64,000 nt of DNA from Thermoanaerobaculia bacterium (GTDB taxonomy: Bacteria > Acidobacteriota > Thermoanaerobaculia > Multivoradales > Multivoraceae). The position numbers and the translations under genes are program-made. Where the stretch lies: positions 1,666,499-1,730,498 of the forward strand of contig OZ246956.1 in assembly GCA_965232105.1 (NCBI GenBank), written 5' to 3'. The notes below the pieces were generated by a model. That model ran no database searches, was not told where the DNA came from, and saw nothing but the letters and a program-made list of their open reading frames with translations. Each line of letters starts with the position of its first letter. Positions within the stretch are counted from its first letter, which is position 1. Positions 21,091 through 29,937 of this stretch are shown here, piece after piece.

Positions 21091-22022
21091 TGCGGTTGTC
21101 TGGAGGGGGGGCTGGTCAGCTCGCGGCGCAGAAAGTCGATGTCGATCGTGCTCCGCCCCGGTTCGAGGATCGTCTTCCGCATCCGCGGCAGGACGCGTTC
21201 CATCGTCTCCAGGTAGGAGCGGGTGCGGACTTCGTCCCGGTTGCCGCGGGCGGCGGTGGCGATCGCCCGGAAGCGGTCCCCCTCACCGGTCGCGCGCTCC
21301 ACTTCCGCGGTCCGGAAGCCTTCGGCCTGCGCCACCAGTGTGCGCGCTTCGCCGCGGGCGACCGGCACGACCTCGTTGCGGTAGCTCTCGGCCTCGCGGA
21401 TCAGGCGGTCGCGATCCTCACGCGCGCTGGCAACGTCGTTGAACGCTTCGCGCACCGGGCTTGGCGGGCTCACTCCCTCGAGACTTACCGAGAGCACGGT
21501 GGCGCCGGTCTCGAAACGGTCGAACAGCCCCTGCGACGCGGCCTGGACGCTCTGCTGCACGGCGACCTTGCCGGTAGTCAGCAGTTCGTCGACGCTCATG
21601 CCGGCGATCACTTCGAGGAGGGCGCTGCGTCCGCTGGCCTCCAGCACGGACTCGACGTTTCGGAACCGCAGCGCGTAGGCGAGCGGATCGTGGATCGCGT
21701 ACGAGACGATGAGTCGGACGTGAACCACGTTCCGGTCGCCGGTGAGCCACCGTGCTTCCGCCGCCGGAGACTCGCCGCCCAGCACCCGGTCGGGCGCCGT
21801 GAAGCCGAGGGTCAGGCGCTTCGCCTCCCTCACCTTCAACTTGTCGACGCGGCCGACCGGCCGAGGCCAGTTCCAGTGCACCCCCGGCCCGGCCGGCGCG
21901 GCCGTGGCGCGGCCCAGCACGCGGACCACGGCCTCTTCGTCGGGAGCGACGAAGTAGACGCCCCAGCCCAGCCACATCAGGGCGAGAGCCAGCGCCGTCG
22001 TGGCGAGTGCGCGACGCCTCAT
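21087..22022 (-). CDS. hflK: HflK-like SPFH/band-7 protein
   Basis: N-terminal TM. The stretch VREAFNDVASAREDRDRLIREAESYRNEVVPVARGEA aligns with E. coli HflK VKAAFDDAIAAREDEQQYIREAEAYTNEVQPRANGQA. TMERVL motif near the C-terminus. Confidence 0.75.
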   Translation of the reverse strand: MRRRALATTALALALMWLGWGVYFVAPDEEAVVRVLGRATAAPAGPGVHWNWPRPVGRVDKLKVREAKRLTLGFTAPDRVLGGESPAAEARWLTGDRNVVHVRLIVSYAIHDPLAYALRFRNVESVLEASGRSALLEVIAGMSVDELLTTGKVAVQQSVQAASQGLFDRFETGATVLSVSLEGVSPPSPVREAFNDVASAREDRDRLIREAESYRNEVVPVARGEARTLVAQAEGFRTAEVERATGEGDRFRAIATAARGNRDEVRTRSYLETMERVLPRMRKTILEPGRSTIDIDFLRRELTSPPSRQPQ

Positions 22023-23002
22023 TGGGATCCCCCGCCCAGGAGCGAGAAGAGCTCGGAGTCCGCCGACAGGATGACCGTCGTCTGATCGTCGAGGATCGAC
22101 TCGTAGGACTCGAGAGTGCGCAGGAACCGGTAGAGAGAGGGATCCTGACGGTAGGCGTCGCCGTAGATGCCGGCCGCCTCGGCATCGCCCTTGCCGCGGA
22201 GGATCTCGGATTCGCGATAGGCGGCGGCCAGGATCAATTCGCGGTCCCGGTCGGCCTCGGCGCGGATGACCATCGCCTGCTCCTCGCCCTGGGCGCGGTA
22301 TTCCTTCGCGATCCGCTCACGCTCGGCCCGCATGCGGGCGAAGACGGACTCGAGGTTCTGCTCGGGGAAGCTCAGGCGGGTGAGCTGCACTTCGAGGATC
22401 TCGACCCCGAGCTGGGGCCCGGACACGGAGCCCGCGGACTCCCGGACTTCGGCGGAAACCTGTTCGATCCGCAGTTTCCTCGGCTCGGTGGACACGAGTT
22501 GGGAGAGCTCGGTGCGGCCGAGGGCGGCAGCCAGACCCGCCCATACGACGTCGTGCAGCCGCATCTCGGCGCCCGAGATGTCGCCGATCGTCTCCAGGAA
22601 TCGCGCCGGGTCGGCGATCCGCCAGACGACCGCGGTGTCGACGACCAGGTTCTTCTTGTCCTGGGTCAGGAACTCGGCCGGCGCGGGATCGTAGAGGAGC
22701 ACGCGATTGTCGAAGCGGATCCGCCGGTCGATCGGCCACTTGAACCGGAGGCCCGGCGCCTCCACCGTGCGCAACGGCTTGCCGAACCGGGTGACGATCG
22801 CGCTCTCGGTCTCCGGCACGACGAACAGGGACCGCGCCAGCGCGACGATCGCCAGCACGGCCAGGCCGGCGCGCCACCAGGACGCGCCACGGCCCGGCGA
22901 ATGCTCGTGCCCGTCGCCGCCGTTGTGGCTGGGTGCCTCGTCGTGGTGATCGTCGTGGTGACCGTGATGGTCGTGGTGATGTCCGTGGCTGTGTTCAGTC
23001 AT
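22019..23002 (-). CDS. hflC: HflC-like SPFH/band-7 protein with a His-rich N-terminal extension
   Basis: MTEHSHGHHHDHHGHHDDHHDEAPSHNGGDGHEHSPG, followed by a TM helix and an SPFH domain. The segment ...FARMRAERERIAKEYRAQGEEQAMVIRAEADRDRELILAAAYRESEILRGKGDAEAAGIYGDAYRQDPSLYRFLRTLESYE... aligns with the E. coli HflC C-terminal half. Confidence 0.75.
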   Translation of the reverse strand: MTEHSHGHHHDHHGHHDDHHDEAPSHNGGDGHEHSPGRGASWWRAGLAVLAIVALARSLFVVPETESAIVTRFGKPLRTVEAPGLRFKWPIDRRIRFDNRVLLYDPAPAEFLTQDKKNLVVDTAVVWRIADPARFLETIGDISGAEMRLHDVVWAGLAAALGRTELSQLVSTEPRKLRIEQVSAEVRESAGSVSGPQLGVEILEVQLTRLSFPEQNLESVFARMRAERERIAKEYRAQGEEQAMVIRAEADRDRELILAAAYRESEILRGKGDAEAAGIYGDAYRQDPSLYRFLRTLESYESILDDQTTVILSADSELFSLLGGGSQ

Positions 23003-23061
23003 TGGTCTACTCCACGGTGACCGCGATGTTCGTGCTGGTGTTCGCGATCTTGATTCGTCAT
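22999..23061 (-). CDS. Possible 20-codon upstream ORF (MTNQDREHQHEHRGHRGVDQ) overlapping the hflC start. It arises from a 57-bp tandem duplication of the hflC 5' region
   Basis: GTCATTGGTCTAC occurs twice, 57 bp apart (23000-23012 and 23057-23069). Each copy provides a GAGG/GGAG RBS plus an ATG. The upstream copy opens a short His-containing ORF that ends in ATGA with the hflC start codon. Confidence 0.25.
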   Translation of the reverse strand: MTNQDREHQHEHRGHRGVDQ

Positions 23062-23078
23062 TGGTCTACCTCGTTCCA

Positions 23079-23155
23079 TCCGTGCGCCCGATGACGGGCG
23101 CACGGACTGGTTCACGGGTCGCGCGGCTTCGCGCCACCCGGGTTCTGGGCACCGC
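23079..23155. repeat. Copy 2 of hairpin repeat family R2. It contains a perfect 11-bp stem (CCGTGCGCCCG-ATGA-CGGGCGCACGG) in the ATPase-hflC intergenic region and supplies the last ~15 codons of the upstream ORF
   Basis: About 82% identity to 16476-16550. The perfect inverted repeat is at 23088-23113. No T/U tract follows the stem in the transcribed (minus) direction. Confidence 0.5.
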
Positions 23156-26100
23156 CCGGTGGCGGAACGTACACATCGAGAAGGCGGTCGTCCGCTTCGT
23201 CCACGAAGACGAAGCGCTTACGGCCGGCGTCGGCGTCGGTGATCAGTTTCGGCTTGCCGGCGAGCGAACTCTCCAGCGTCTCCAACTGGAGGCGGAAGCG
23301 GTGCAGGTCGCGGGCCCGGCGGTACTCCCCGGCGCGCAGTTCGAAGCGCTCGCTCTCGCCGCGGCCCGCCTCGACGCGCTGGGTCTTGTAGGCCTCGGCC
23401 TCCAGGAGCTGCCGGCTCGCTTCGCCGCGGGCGAGGGGCAGACGCTCCAGCGCGTACCCCTCCGCCTCGTCGATCAGCGTTTCCCGCTCCTCGAGTGCGC
23501 TCGCCGCGTCGCGAAAGGAGTCCACGACGTCGAGCGGAGGATGGGCGTCCTGGACGGTCGCGCTCACCACCTCGACGCCGGCGCCGAGGGCGTCGAGCTG
23601 CGCTCCGAGGTGGCGGCGCCACGCCGTCTCGATGCCGTCCCGCTTGCCGGTCAGCACGTCGTCGAGCGAGTGGCCGGCGAGCACGGTGCGGAGCGAGCGC
23701 TCGGCGCTCGCCTCGACGAGCAGCGCCGGGTCGGCGGTGGCGAAGGCGAAGGCCGCGGCGTCGGCGACGCGATAGTGGATGCGGGCCGCGACCTCGACCA
23801 GGTTCTCGTCCCCGGTCAGCATCAGGCGCTCGAGGGGCGGGGTGTCGTCGAAGCCGGCGTGACGGACGTTCCACTCGTAGCTCGGCCTGGCGCCGGCTTC
23901 GGTGGGGGCGGCCGCCCGCGGCGAGCCGACCGCGGCGACTCGGAGGCGCTCCGGTTCGACCCGCGTCACCCGATCCACGGGCCAGGGCAAACGCCAGTGC
24001 AGGCCCGGGCCGAGCTCGCCGCCGACGTGGCGTCCGAAGCGCTGCACGAGGCCGATTTCCTGGGGCTCGATCGTCCGCAGGCCGCTCGCCGCCCAGAGGG
24101 CGAACAGCACGAACGGCGCCGCCCGCAGCAGGCGGGGCGCCGACGCACGGATCCGCGTCGGGCTGTCTTCGAGCGCGTGTTCGATGCGGTGGACCGCTTC
24201 GCGCCGTCCGGTGTTCAGGGACCGCCAGCCGGCGATCAAGCTCTCGACCGGACCGGCCAGAGCGGGGACACGCCGCCAGCCGCGATCTTCGCGCGCGGCC
24301 ACCGCCCGCCCCTCGTAGAGCAGGCGGACGCAGTTCAGGATGACCAGCAGGGAGGCGGCCTGGTGGACAATCGCGGCGGCGGCTGGAGGCAGCAATCCGA
24401 AAGCGGCGAAGCCGACGGCGATGAAGTTGATGCCGAAGGCGAAGATCAGGATGCTGCTGCGAATCCGGGCCACCACCCGGCGCGAGTAGCGGAGCAGAGG
24501 CGCCAGGTAGTCGAGCCGGTCGGGCAGCAGGACGACCTGCGCCGCCTCGGCCGAAAGATCGGCGGCGCCGTGACCGATCGCGACGCCGACGGACGCGGCC
24601 GCCAGCGAGGGCGCGTCGTTGATCCCGTCGCCGACCATCAGGACGTTGCGGTCGCCGCGGGAGAGTTCCCGGAGCTGCCGCACCTTCTCCTCGGGAAGCA
24701 ACTCCGCCTGGACCTGGTCGATGCGGGTCCGCCGGCCGATCGCGCGCGCCGTCGCCTCGGCGTCGCCGGTCAGCATGACGATCGGATCGACGCCGGTCTG
24801 GCGGAGGTCGCCGACCGCGTCCGCAGCCTCGTCGCGCAACGGATCGGCGAGGGCGAACGCGCCGGTGAACGCGCCGTCGACCGCGACGGCCAGCCGGGTC
24901 TCGCCGGTGCCGGGTTCCGGGACGAGGCTTTCCGCCACGGCGCCGAGATCGTCCTCCGCCACTACTCTCGCCAGCAACGCCTGGTTGCCCACCACGACCT
25001 CGTGGCCGTCCACGGATGCCGTGACACCACGGCCGGGGTGGAGCTTGAAGTTCTCCGGTTCCGAGAGCTCGATCTGCCGCTCCCTCGCCTCGGTGACGAG
25101 GGCCCGGCCCAGCAGGTGCTCCGAGGTCAGTTCAGCGCTCGCCGCGAGTTGAAGCAAGCGAGCCTCGTCCATGCCCGCGACCGGCGCGACCCCGGCCAGC
25201 GCCGGACGCCCGCAGGTCAACGTGCCCGTCTTGTCGAGCACGCAGGCGTCGATGCGCGACAGCGACTCGATCACGTCGCCGCCCTTGACCAGTGCGCCCT
25301 CGCGCGCCAGCCGGGCGATCGCCGAGGCCATCGCCGCCGGCGTCGCGAGCACCAGGGCGCAGGGGCAGGCGACGATCAGGGCCGCCACCGTGCGCATCAT
25401 CTCGCCGGTGAAGAAGTAGATGCCGACGGCAGCGAGCAGCACCGCGGGCAGGAAGAAGCGGGCCAGCTTGTCCGCGGTGCGCACGACCCGAGCGCGCCGG
25501 CTCTGCGCGTCCTCGATCAGGTTGGCGATCCGGGCGACGGTCGTGTCGCTGCCCGTCCGTTCGGAGCGAATATCGAGGACGCCGTACTCGTTCAGGCTGC
25601 CGCTCCACACCGCGTCGCCGATTCCGAGTTGGGCCGGCAGCGGTTCGCCGGTCACGCTGCTCTGGTCGACGGACGACTCGCCGCGCTCGATCATCCCGTC
25701 CACCGGCACCCGCTCGCCGGCGAGCACCCGCACGAGATCGCCGATCTCGACCTCGCCGAGCGCGACGAGTTCCTCGCGGCCGGAGTACAGCACCCGTGCC
25801 TGTTCCGGCTGGCTGGCGACGAAGCCGGCGATCGCCCCCTTGGCGCGATCGACCGTCCAGTGCTCGATCCCCTCGCCGATCAGCATGATGAACATGACCT
25901 CGGCGGCGGCGAAGTACTCGCCGATCCAGACCGCCGCGCCCGCGGCGATCGCGATCGTCAGGTGAGACGAGAAGTGCCCCTGGAGCAGGTCCAGGATCGC
26001 GTGGCGGATGAGGGGGTAGCCCGCGACCAGCGTGAGGATCAGCGCCAGGTCGATGCCGGCGACCGTGCGGACGACGCCGAGCAGGTAGAGCAGAAGCAGG

Positions 26101-26213
26101 ACGCCGACCGCGCCGCAAAGCGCGATGTAGCCGATCCGCTGCAGCAGGCCGTGGCTGTGGGAGTGGCCGTGCCCGTCGTCGTGGCCGTAAACCTGGAAAT
26201 TGGGTGAGCCCAT
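23112..26213 (-). CDS. Heavy-metal translocating P1B-type ATPase (CPC motif, His-rich N-terminus; Zn/Cd/Pb-type) fused in-frame to a C-terminal TM helix + HflK-like SPFH domain
   Basis: Residues 1 to about 655: His-rich YGHDDGHGHSHSHG, TGE, CPC (IVACPCALVLATP), DKTGTLT, GDGINDAP, and eight predicted TMs. Residues about 700-1033: a TM (APFVLFALWAASGL), then an SPFH domain (IEPQEIGLVQRFGRHVGGELGPGLHWRLPWPVDRV..., with HflK-like C-terminal coiled region). Continuous 1033-aa ORF with no internal stop. Confidence 0.8.
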   Translation of the reverse strand: MGSPNFQVYGHDDGHGHSHSHGLLQRIGYIALCGAVGVLLLLYLLGVVRTVAGIDLALILTLVAGYPLIRHAILDLLQGHFSSHLTIAIAAGAAVWIGEYFAAAEVMFIMLIGEGIEHWTVDRAKGAIAGFVASQPEQARVLYSGREELVALGEVEIGDLVRVLAGERVPVDGMIERGESSVDQSSVTGEPLPAQLGIGDAVWSGSLNEYGVLDIRSERTGSDTTVARIANLIEDAQSRRARVVRTADKLARFFLPAVLLAAVGIYFFTGEMMRTVAALIVACPCALVLATPAAMASAIARLAREGALVKGGDVIESLSRIDACVLDKTGTLTCGRPALAGVAPVAGMDEARLLQLAASAELTSEHLLGRALVTEARERQIELSEPENFKLHPGRGVTASVDGHEVVVGNQALLARVVAEDDLGAVAESLVPEPGTGETRLAVAVDGAFTGAFALADPLRDEAADAVGDLRQTGVDPIVMLTGDAEATARAIGRRTRIDQVQAELLPEEKVRQLRELSRGDRNVLMVGDGINDAPSLAAASVGVAIGHGAADLSAEAAQVVLLPDRLDYLAPLLRYSRRVVARIRSSILIFAFGINFIAVGFAAFGLLPPAAAAIVHQAASLLVILNCVRLLYEGRAVAAREDRGWRRVPALAGPVESLIAGWRSLNTGRREAVHRIEHALEDSPTRIRASAPRLLRAAPFVLFALWAASGLRTIEPQEIGLVQRFGRHVGGELGPGLHWRLPWPVDRVTRVEPERLRVAAVGSPRAAAPTEAGARPSYEWNVRHAGFDDTPPLERLMLTGDENLVEVAARIHYRVADAAAFAFATADPALLVEASAERSLRTVLAGHSLDDVLTGKRDGIETAWRRHLGAQLDALGAGVEVVSATVQDAHPPLDVVDSFRDAASALEERETLIDEAEGYALERLPLARGEASRQLLEAEAYKTQRVEAGRGESERFELRAGEYRRARDLHRFRLQLETLESSLAGKPKLITDADAGRKRFVFVDEADDRLLDVYVPPPGGAQNPGGAKPRDP

Positions 26214-26226
26214 CAGAAGGGTGCGC

Positions 26227-26982
26227 CTACACCGCGAACAACAGGATGGCCAGCCCCGAACTCGCGATCGCGAGCCCGCTCAGCGTGTGGACATGGGCTT
26301 GCAGGCGCGGGAATCGCACGAAGTCGAGACCGCGATAGGCCAGCGCCACGACGCCAGCCATCGTCGCGATCGTCGTCACGCCGAAGGCCACGGTCACCGG
26401 TACGACGGCCCACAGGCCGACCTGGAACGCCGGCACCATGAGGATCGGAATCAGCGGTTCGCAGGGCCCGAGCACGAAGATGACGAACAGGCTCCAGGCG
26501 GTCAGGCCGGCCACCCCGACGGCCTTGCCGGACGGGTGCTCGTGGCCGCCGGCCGCGTGGTGGTCATGCGAGTGGACGAGTCCGCTGGCGTGTTCGTGCA
26601 CGTGGCGCTGCCGCCTGCGCCTACGCGCGAGGGACCAGGCCGCGTAGGTCAAGCCGAAGGCCACCAGAGCCCACGCCGCGAGATCGCCGCGGACCGCCTC
26701 GATCGACTCGAAGACGCCGACGCGGCCCTCCATCCAGTGGTGACCTTCCTGGAGATCGAGACCGCTGGCGAAGATCGCCAGCCCGATGCCGGCGCCGCCC
26801 AACAGTACGGACGACGCGACATGCCCGCCGCCGCACAGCCCGGTCACCCACAGCGTCCTGCGCAGCGACCAGCCGCGCGCTTTGCCGAGGACGACGAAGG
26901 GCAGCGTGTGGTCGATGCCGATCAGCGTGTGGACGAAGCCGATGCCGACCGCGGCCGAAACCAGGACCCAGACTGTGTCCAT
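26227..26982 (-). CDS. RcnA/NicO-like Ni/Co efflux-type membrane protein with a central His-rich loop
   Basis: About 6 TM segments. Central loop HVHEHASGLVHSHDHHAAGGHEHPSG. HxxxxxH-type and GPCEP motifs reminiscent of the RcnA/NicO family. It sits 14 bp upstream of the P-type ATPase gene on the same strand. Confidence 0.55.
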   Translation of the reverse strand: MDTVWVLVSAAVGIGFVHTLIGIDHTLPFVVLGKARGWSLRRTLWVTGLCGGGHVASSVLLGGAGIGLAIFASGLDLQEGHHWMEGRVGVFESIEAVRGDLAAWALVAFGLTYAAWSLARRRRRQRHVHEHASGLVHSHDHHAAGGHEHPSGKAVGVAGLTAWSLFVIFVLGPCEPLIPILMVPAFQVGLWAVVPVTVAFGVTTIATMAGVVALAYRGLDFVRFPRLQAHVHTLSGLAIASSGLAILLFAV

Positions 26983-29829
26983 CTACTCGACCGTCACCCA
27001 GATCGGTGACGACCAGGCGATCTCGCGGTTCTTCTGGATCACCCGCACATAGTAGTAGTGCTCGCCGGGCGTAACGTCGCTGTCGACGAAGGTCAGGTCG
27101 ACCTCCTGGTCGAGGTTCTGGCGGTTGTAGAGGAACGTCTGGTCGCGGATGATGTCGATCTGCTCGATGCGGGCGGTGCCGATCACCTTGACCACGAGTT
27201 CGAACCGCCCCGAGACCTCGGCGATGTCGCCCTGCAGGTACTCCCGGCCGTCGGCGCGCATCCGGTAGTCCAGGATGATGTTGTCCGTCGCGGCGTAGGA
27301 GTGCCGCTGCTTCATCGCGTCTAGCAGGCCACCGGCGGTGAAGTCCTCGGCGATCGTGGCTGCGTAAGAGATGTGGGTCGAGATGTGGTCCGATGCGGCC
27401 TGCACGCCGAGCTTGTAGCCCTTGGCCCAGGCGTTCCAGACGAAGCCCGCAGGCTGGAAACCGCCTTGCTGGCCGTAGGGCTTCTCGGCAGTCGGTGCGC
27501 GCGGGGCGCCCTCGTACTCGGCCGATGTCCGGTCGCCCTGGTAGATCTCGACCAGCGGTTCGACTTCGGGGTCGTTGTCCCGCCAGTCGGTACCCATACC
27601 GGTCGCCGAGGTATGGGGGATTGAGATCGCGTCGTGTTCCCGCAGGTACGCGAACAGCCTCGCCGCGCCTTCCTCGCTTTGCCGCTCCGCATCGGTGATC
27701 GGCAGGGTCGGCATGCCGCGCTTCGCGGAGAGGATGTTGCGGTGACCGCCCGGGTAGCTGATGCTGCGCTCGTAGGTGTAGACGGGGACGAAGCTCCCGG
27801 GCAGGCGGAAGATGTCGGCGATCTGTGGGTGCAGCCAGTTCACGTACGGGGTGTCCTGGCCGCCCCGGTTGTTGTGCTCGCTGACGCCGAGGAAGTCGAG
27901 TTCAGCGGCGTCCAGGGCGTAGCGGTAGGCCTCCATCAGCGAGCCGTCGTTCAGGCCGTCGTGCGAGAACTCGGTGTGGCGGTGCGTGTCGCCGCGGTAG
28001 ATGCGGTACGTGCGGCCCTCCGACTCGATCGTGTAGGCGCGGATGCGCGCGACGTCCTGCGCTTCGTTGGGGTGTACCGGATAGGTCGTGTAGGGGCGCG
28101 TTTCCGGGTCGACGAGGCGCGGCGGCGTGGCCTCGCCGCCGAGCGACGGCAGCTTCGCCGCGTTGATCGAGGAGTGGTCGAAGAGGTACTCCTCCGAGTC
28201 CCGGTTGTCCGTCGGCCAGGCGGCGAACAGGTTGCCGCGGCCGTCAGAGGCCAGTTCCCAGCGCACGTCCTGGCGGCCGCGACTGAACGGCAGGTGGAGC
28301 GGACGTGTCCACTCGCCGCCGACGTAGGCGATGCCGAAGATCTGCCAGGCGGCCCGGTGGGCCGGCGTGAAGTCGGGCGTGTCGCGGGCCCGGATCGTGC
28401 GGTGGCGGAAGAACAGCCACATCCGGCCGCCGGCGTCGGCCTGGAGCACGGGCAGGTCGTTGAAGCCCGGGATGTACTCGGGGAGTTCCCGTTCGAGCAG
28501 CTCGTTCACGTCGGCTTCGGGCACCTGCCAGCGGACGCCGTCCCAGACCGCCACGGCGAGAGTGCGCCACTCGTAGATGCGGGTCGCTTCCTTGTAGATC
28601 TCGAAGCCCGAGTCCTTGCCCCACTGGAAGCCGCTTTCGTTCCAGGCCGCCCAGAGGCGGTTCTGGCGATCGCAGGCGATCGACACGTGGGCCTCGAACT
28701 TCGGTGTGTCAGCGACCGGGACGACGTCGCTCCAGCCCGTGCCGTCGAAGTGCCGTAGCAGGACGTCGTAGTTGCCCTGGTCGTACGTGTCCCAGGCAAC
28801 GTGGATCCGACCGTCGCCGCAGGCTGCAACGGCGGGCGTCCAGTCGTTGGCCTCGGAGGTCGAGACGGTCTGCGGGGCTGACCAGCGCGAACCGTTGTGG
28901 CGGCTGGCGAAGATGTCCGACCGGCCGTCGCGGAAACCCTGCCAGACGATCCACAGGTTGCCTTCCGCGTCGCTGGCCAGTTCGTGTTCGATGTCGGCCT
29001 GTGGCGCGTAGGTCAGGCGCTCGGTTCCCGACCAGGAACCGCCCTCGGCGTTCGCCAGGTAGCGGCCGTAGAGGTCGAAGTTGCCGTCCACCTGCTCGGA
29101 CCAGACCACCCAGGGACGCCCCCGGCCGTCGCGTCCCAGCTTCGGCATCAGGCGGTCGCCCGGTTCGCCGGTCACGGGGATGGCCGGTTGCCAACTCGAG
29201 CCGTCGAAGCGGCGCGCCAGGATCATTACACCGCCGTCCCGGTAGGCGGTCCAGGCAACCCAGACCTCGCCGTCCTCGCCGCCCGTCATCGTCGCGAAGT
29301 CGTTTTCCGTGTCCGGCGACGAAAGCGGTTCCGCCGGCGCCACCCGGTCGGCCAGCACGGCGCCGTCGAGAAAGGAGAGTTCTTCTCCGACCTCGACGTC
29401 CGCCGGCCGCAGGTCGAAGTCGCCCCGCGGTGTCGTGAAGGCGAGCCGCGTCGCCGACCGGGCCGCCACGTCGACGACGATTCCCGGGTGGTTGAGGTAG
29501 AGCACCGTGCCCTTCGGGTCTTCCCACTGGTAGACCCGGCGCGGGTAGTTCACGCCCCGGCGCGTGGCCATCGTCCAGCTCGTGCCGTCGACCGACTCGG
29601 ACGGATGCACGCTCCAGTTCCGGAGTGCCAGCAGGTCGCCGCCGGTCACTTCGACCGAGCCGTCCCAGGACTGCGGCTCGGTGTCCGTGATCCCGAAGCG
29701 CACGCGGACGGAGACGACGTCGTCACCGGTGAGCGGTGGGATGGCCTGGGCGGCGAGGGAGCCTGCCGAGAGGAGCGCACCTGTGAGACAACAGAGAGCG
29801 GCGATGCGCAGGACGAGTTGTCGAGCCAT
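26983..29829 (-). CDS. Secreted two-domain protein: N-terminal Trp-rich ~50-aa tandem repeats (beta-propeller-like) fused to a C-terminal DUF3604-like predicted metal-dependent hydrolase domain
   Basis: Signal peptide. Repeats of the form WV(A/V)W...DG...D(I/L)...R..G..WS.P (e.g. LWIVWQGFRDGRSDIFASRHNGSRWSAP and IHVAWDTYDQGNYDVLLRHFDGTGWSD). The C-terminal half (YRGDTHRHTEFSHDG, FLGVSEHNN, ISIPHTSATGMGTDW, ...AWSSPIWVTVE) is homologous to the two DUF3604 proteins at 29938 and 59539. Its stop abuts the start of the RcnA-like gene with a 0-bp gap. Confidence 0.6.
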   Translation of the reverse strand: MARQLVLRIAALCCLTGALLSAGSLAAQAIPPLTGDDVVSVRVRFGITDTEPQSWDGSVEVTGGDLLALRNWSVHPSESVDGTSWTMATRRGVNYPRRVYQWEDPKGTVLYLNHPGIVVDVAARSATRLAFTTPRGDFDLRPADVEVGEELSFLDGAVLADRVAPAEPLSSPDTENDFATMTGGEDGEVWVAWTAYRDGGVMILARRFDGSSWQPAIPVTGEPGDRLMPKLGRDGRGRPWVVWSEQVDGNFDLYGRYLANAEGGSWSGTERLTYAPQADIEHELASDAEGNLWIVWQGFRDGRSDIFASRHNGSRWSAPQTVSTSEANDWTPAVAACGDGRIHVAWDTYDQGNYDVLLRHFDGTGWSDVVPVADTPKFEAHVSIACDRQNRLWAAWNESGFQWGKDSGFEIYKEATRIYEWRTLAVAVWDGVRWQVPEADVNELLERELPEYIPGFNDLPVLQADAGGRMWLFFRHRTIRARDTPDFTPAHRAAWQIFGIAYVGGEWTRPLHLPFSRGRQDVRWELASDGRGNLFAAWPTDNRDSEEYLFDHSSINAAKLPSLGGEATPPRLVDPETRPYTTYPVHPNEAQDVARIRAYTIESEGRTYRIYRGDTHRHTEFSHDGLNDGSLMEAYRYALDAAELDFLGVSEHNNRGGQDTPYVNWLHPQIADIFRLPGSFVPVYTYERSISYPGGHRNILSAKRGMPTLPITDAERQSEEGAARLFAYLREHDAISIPHTSATGMGTDWRDNDPEVEPLVEIYQGDRTSAEYEGAPRAPTAEKPYGQQGGFQPAGFVWNAWAKGYKLGVQAASDHISTHISYAATIAEDFTAGGLLDAMKQRHSYAATDNIILDYRMRADGREYLQGDIAEVSGRFELVVKVIGTARIEQIDIIRDQTFLYNRQNLDQEVDLTFVDSDVTPGEHYYYVRVIQKNREIAWSSPIWVTVE

Positions 29830-29937
29830 GGCTCCTCCAGACGAGGCGAACGGGAAATGGGTTGCCGTTCATCCTAGCGCCGCGCCATCGGTACACTGCA
29901 TCCATCCGAGGTCCCACTGTCCGAGGGGAGGTTCGCT

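Noticed and set aside
23061-26207. 1048-aa + strand ORF opposite the ATPase-SPFH gene (and the similar long antisense ORFs at 40070-41929, 19455-20813 and 29869-31029)
   Set aside because: The opposite strand carries clear P-type ATPase motifs (DKTGT, CPC, GDGINDAP). The + strand products have no motifs and extreme R/G/A/P bias.
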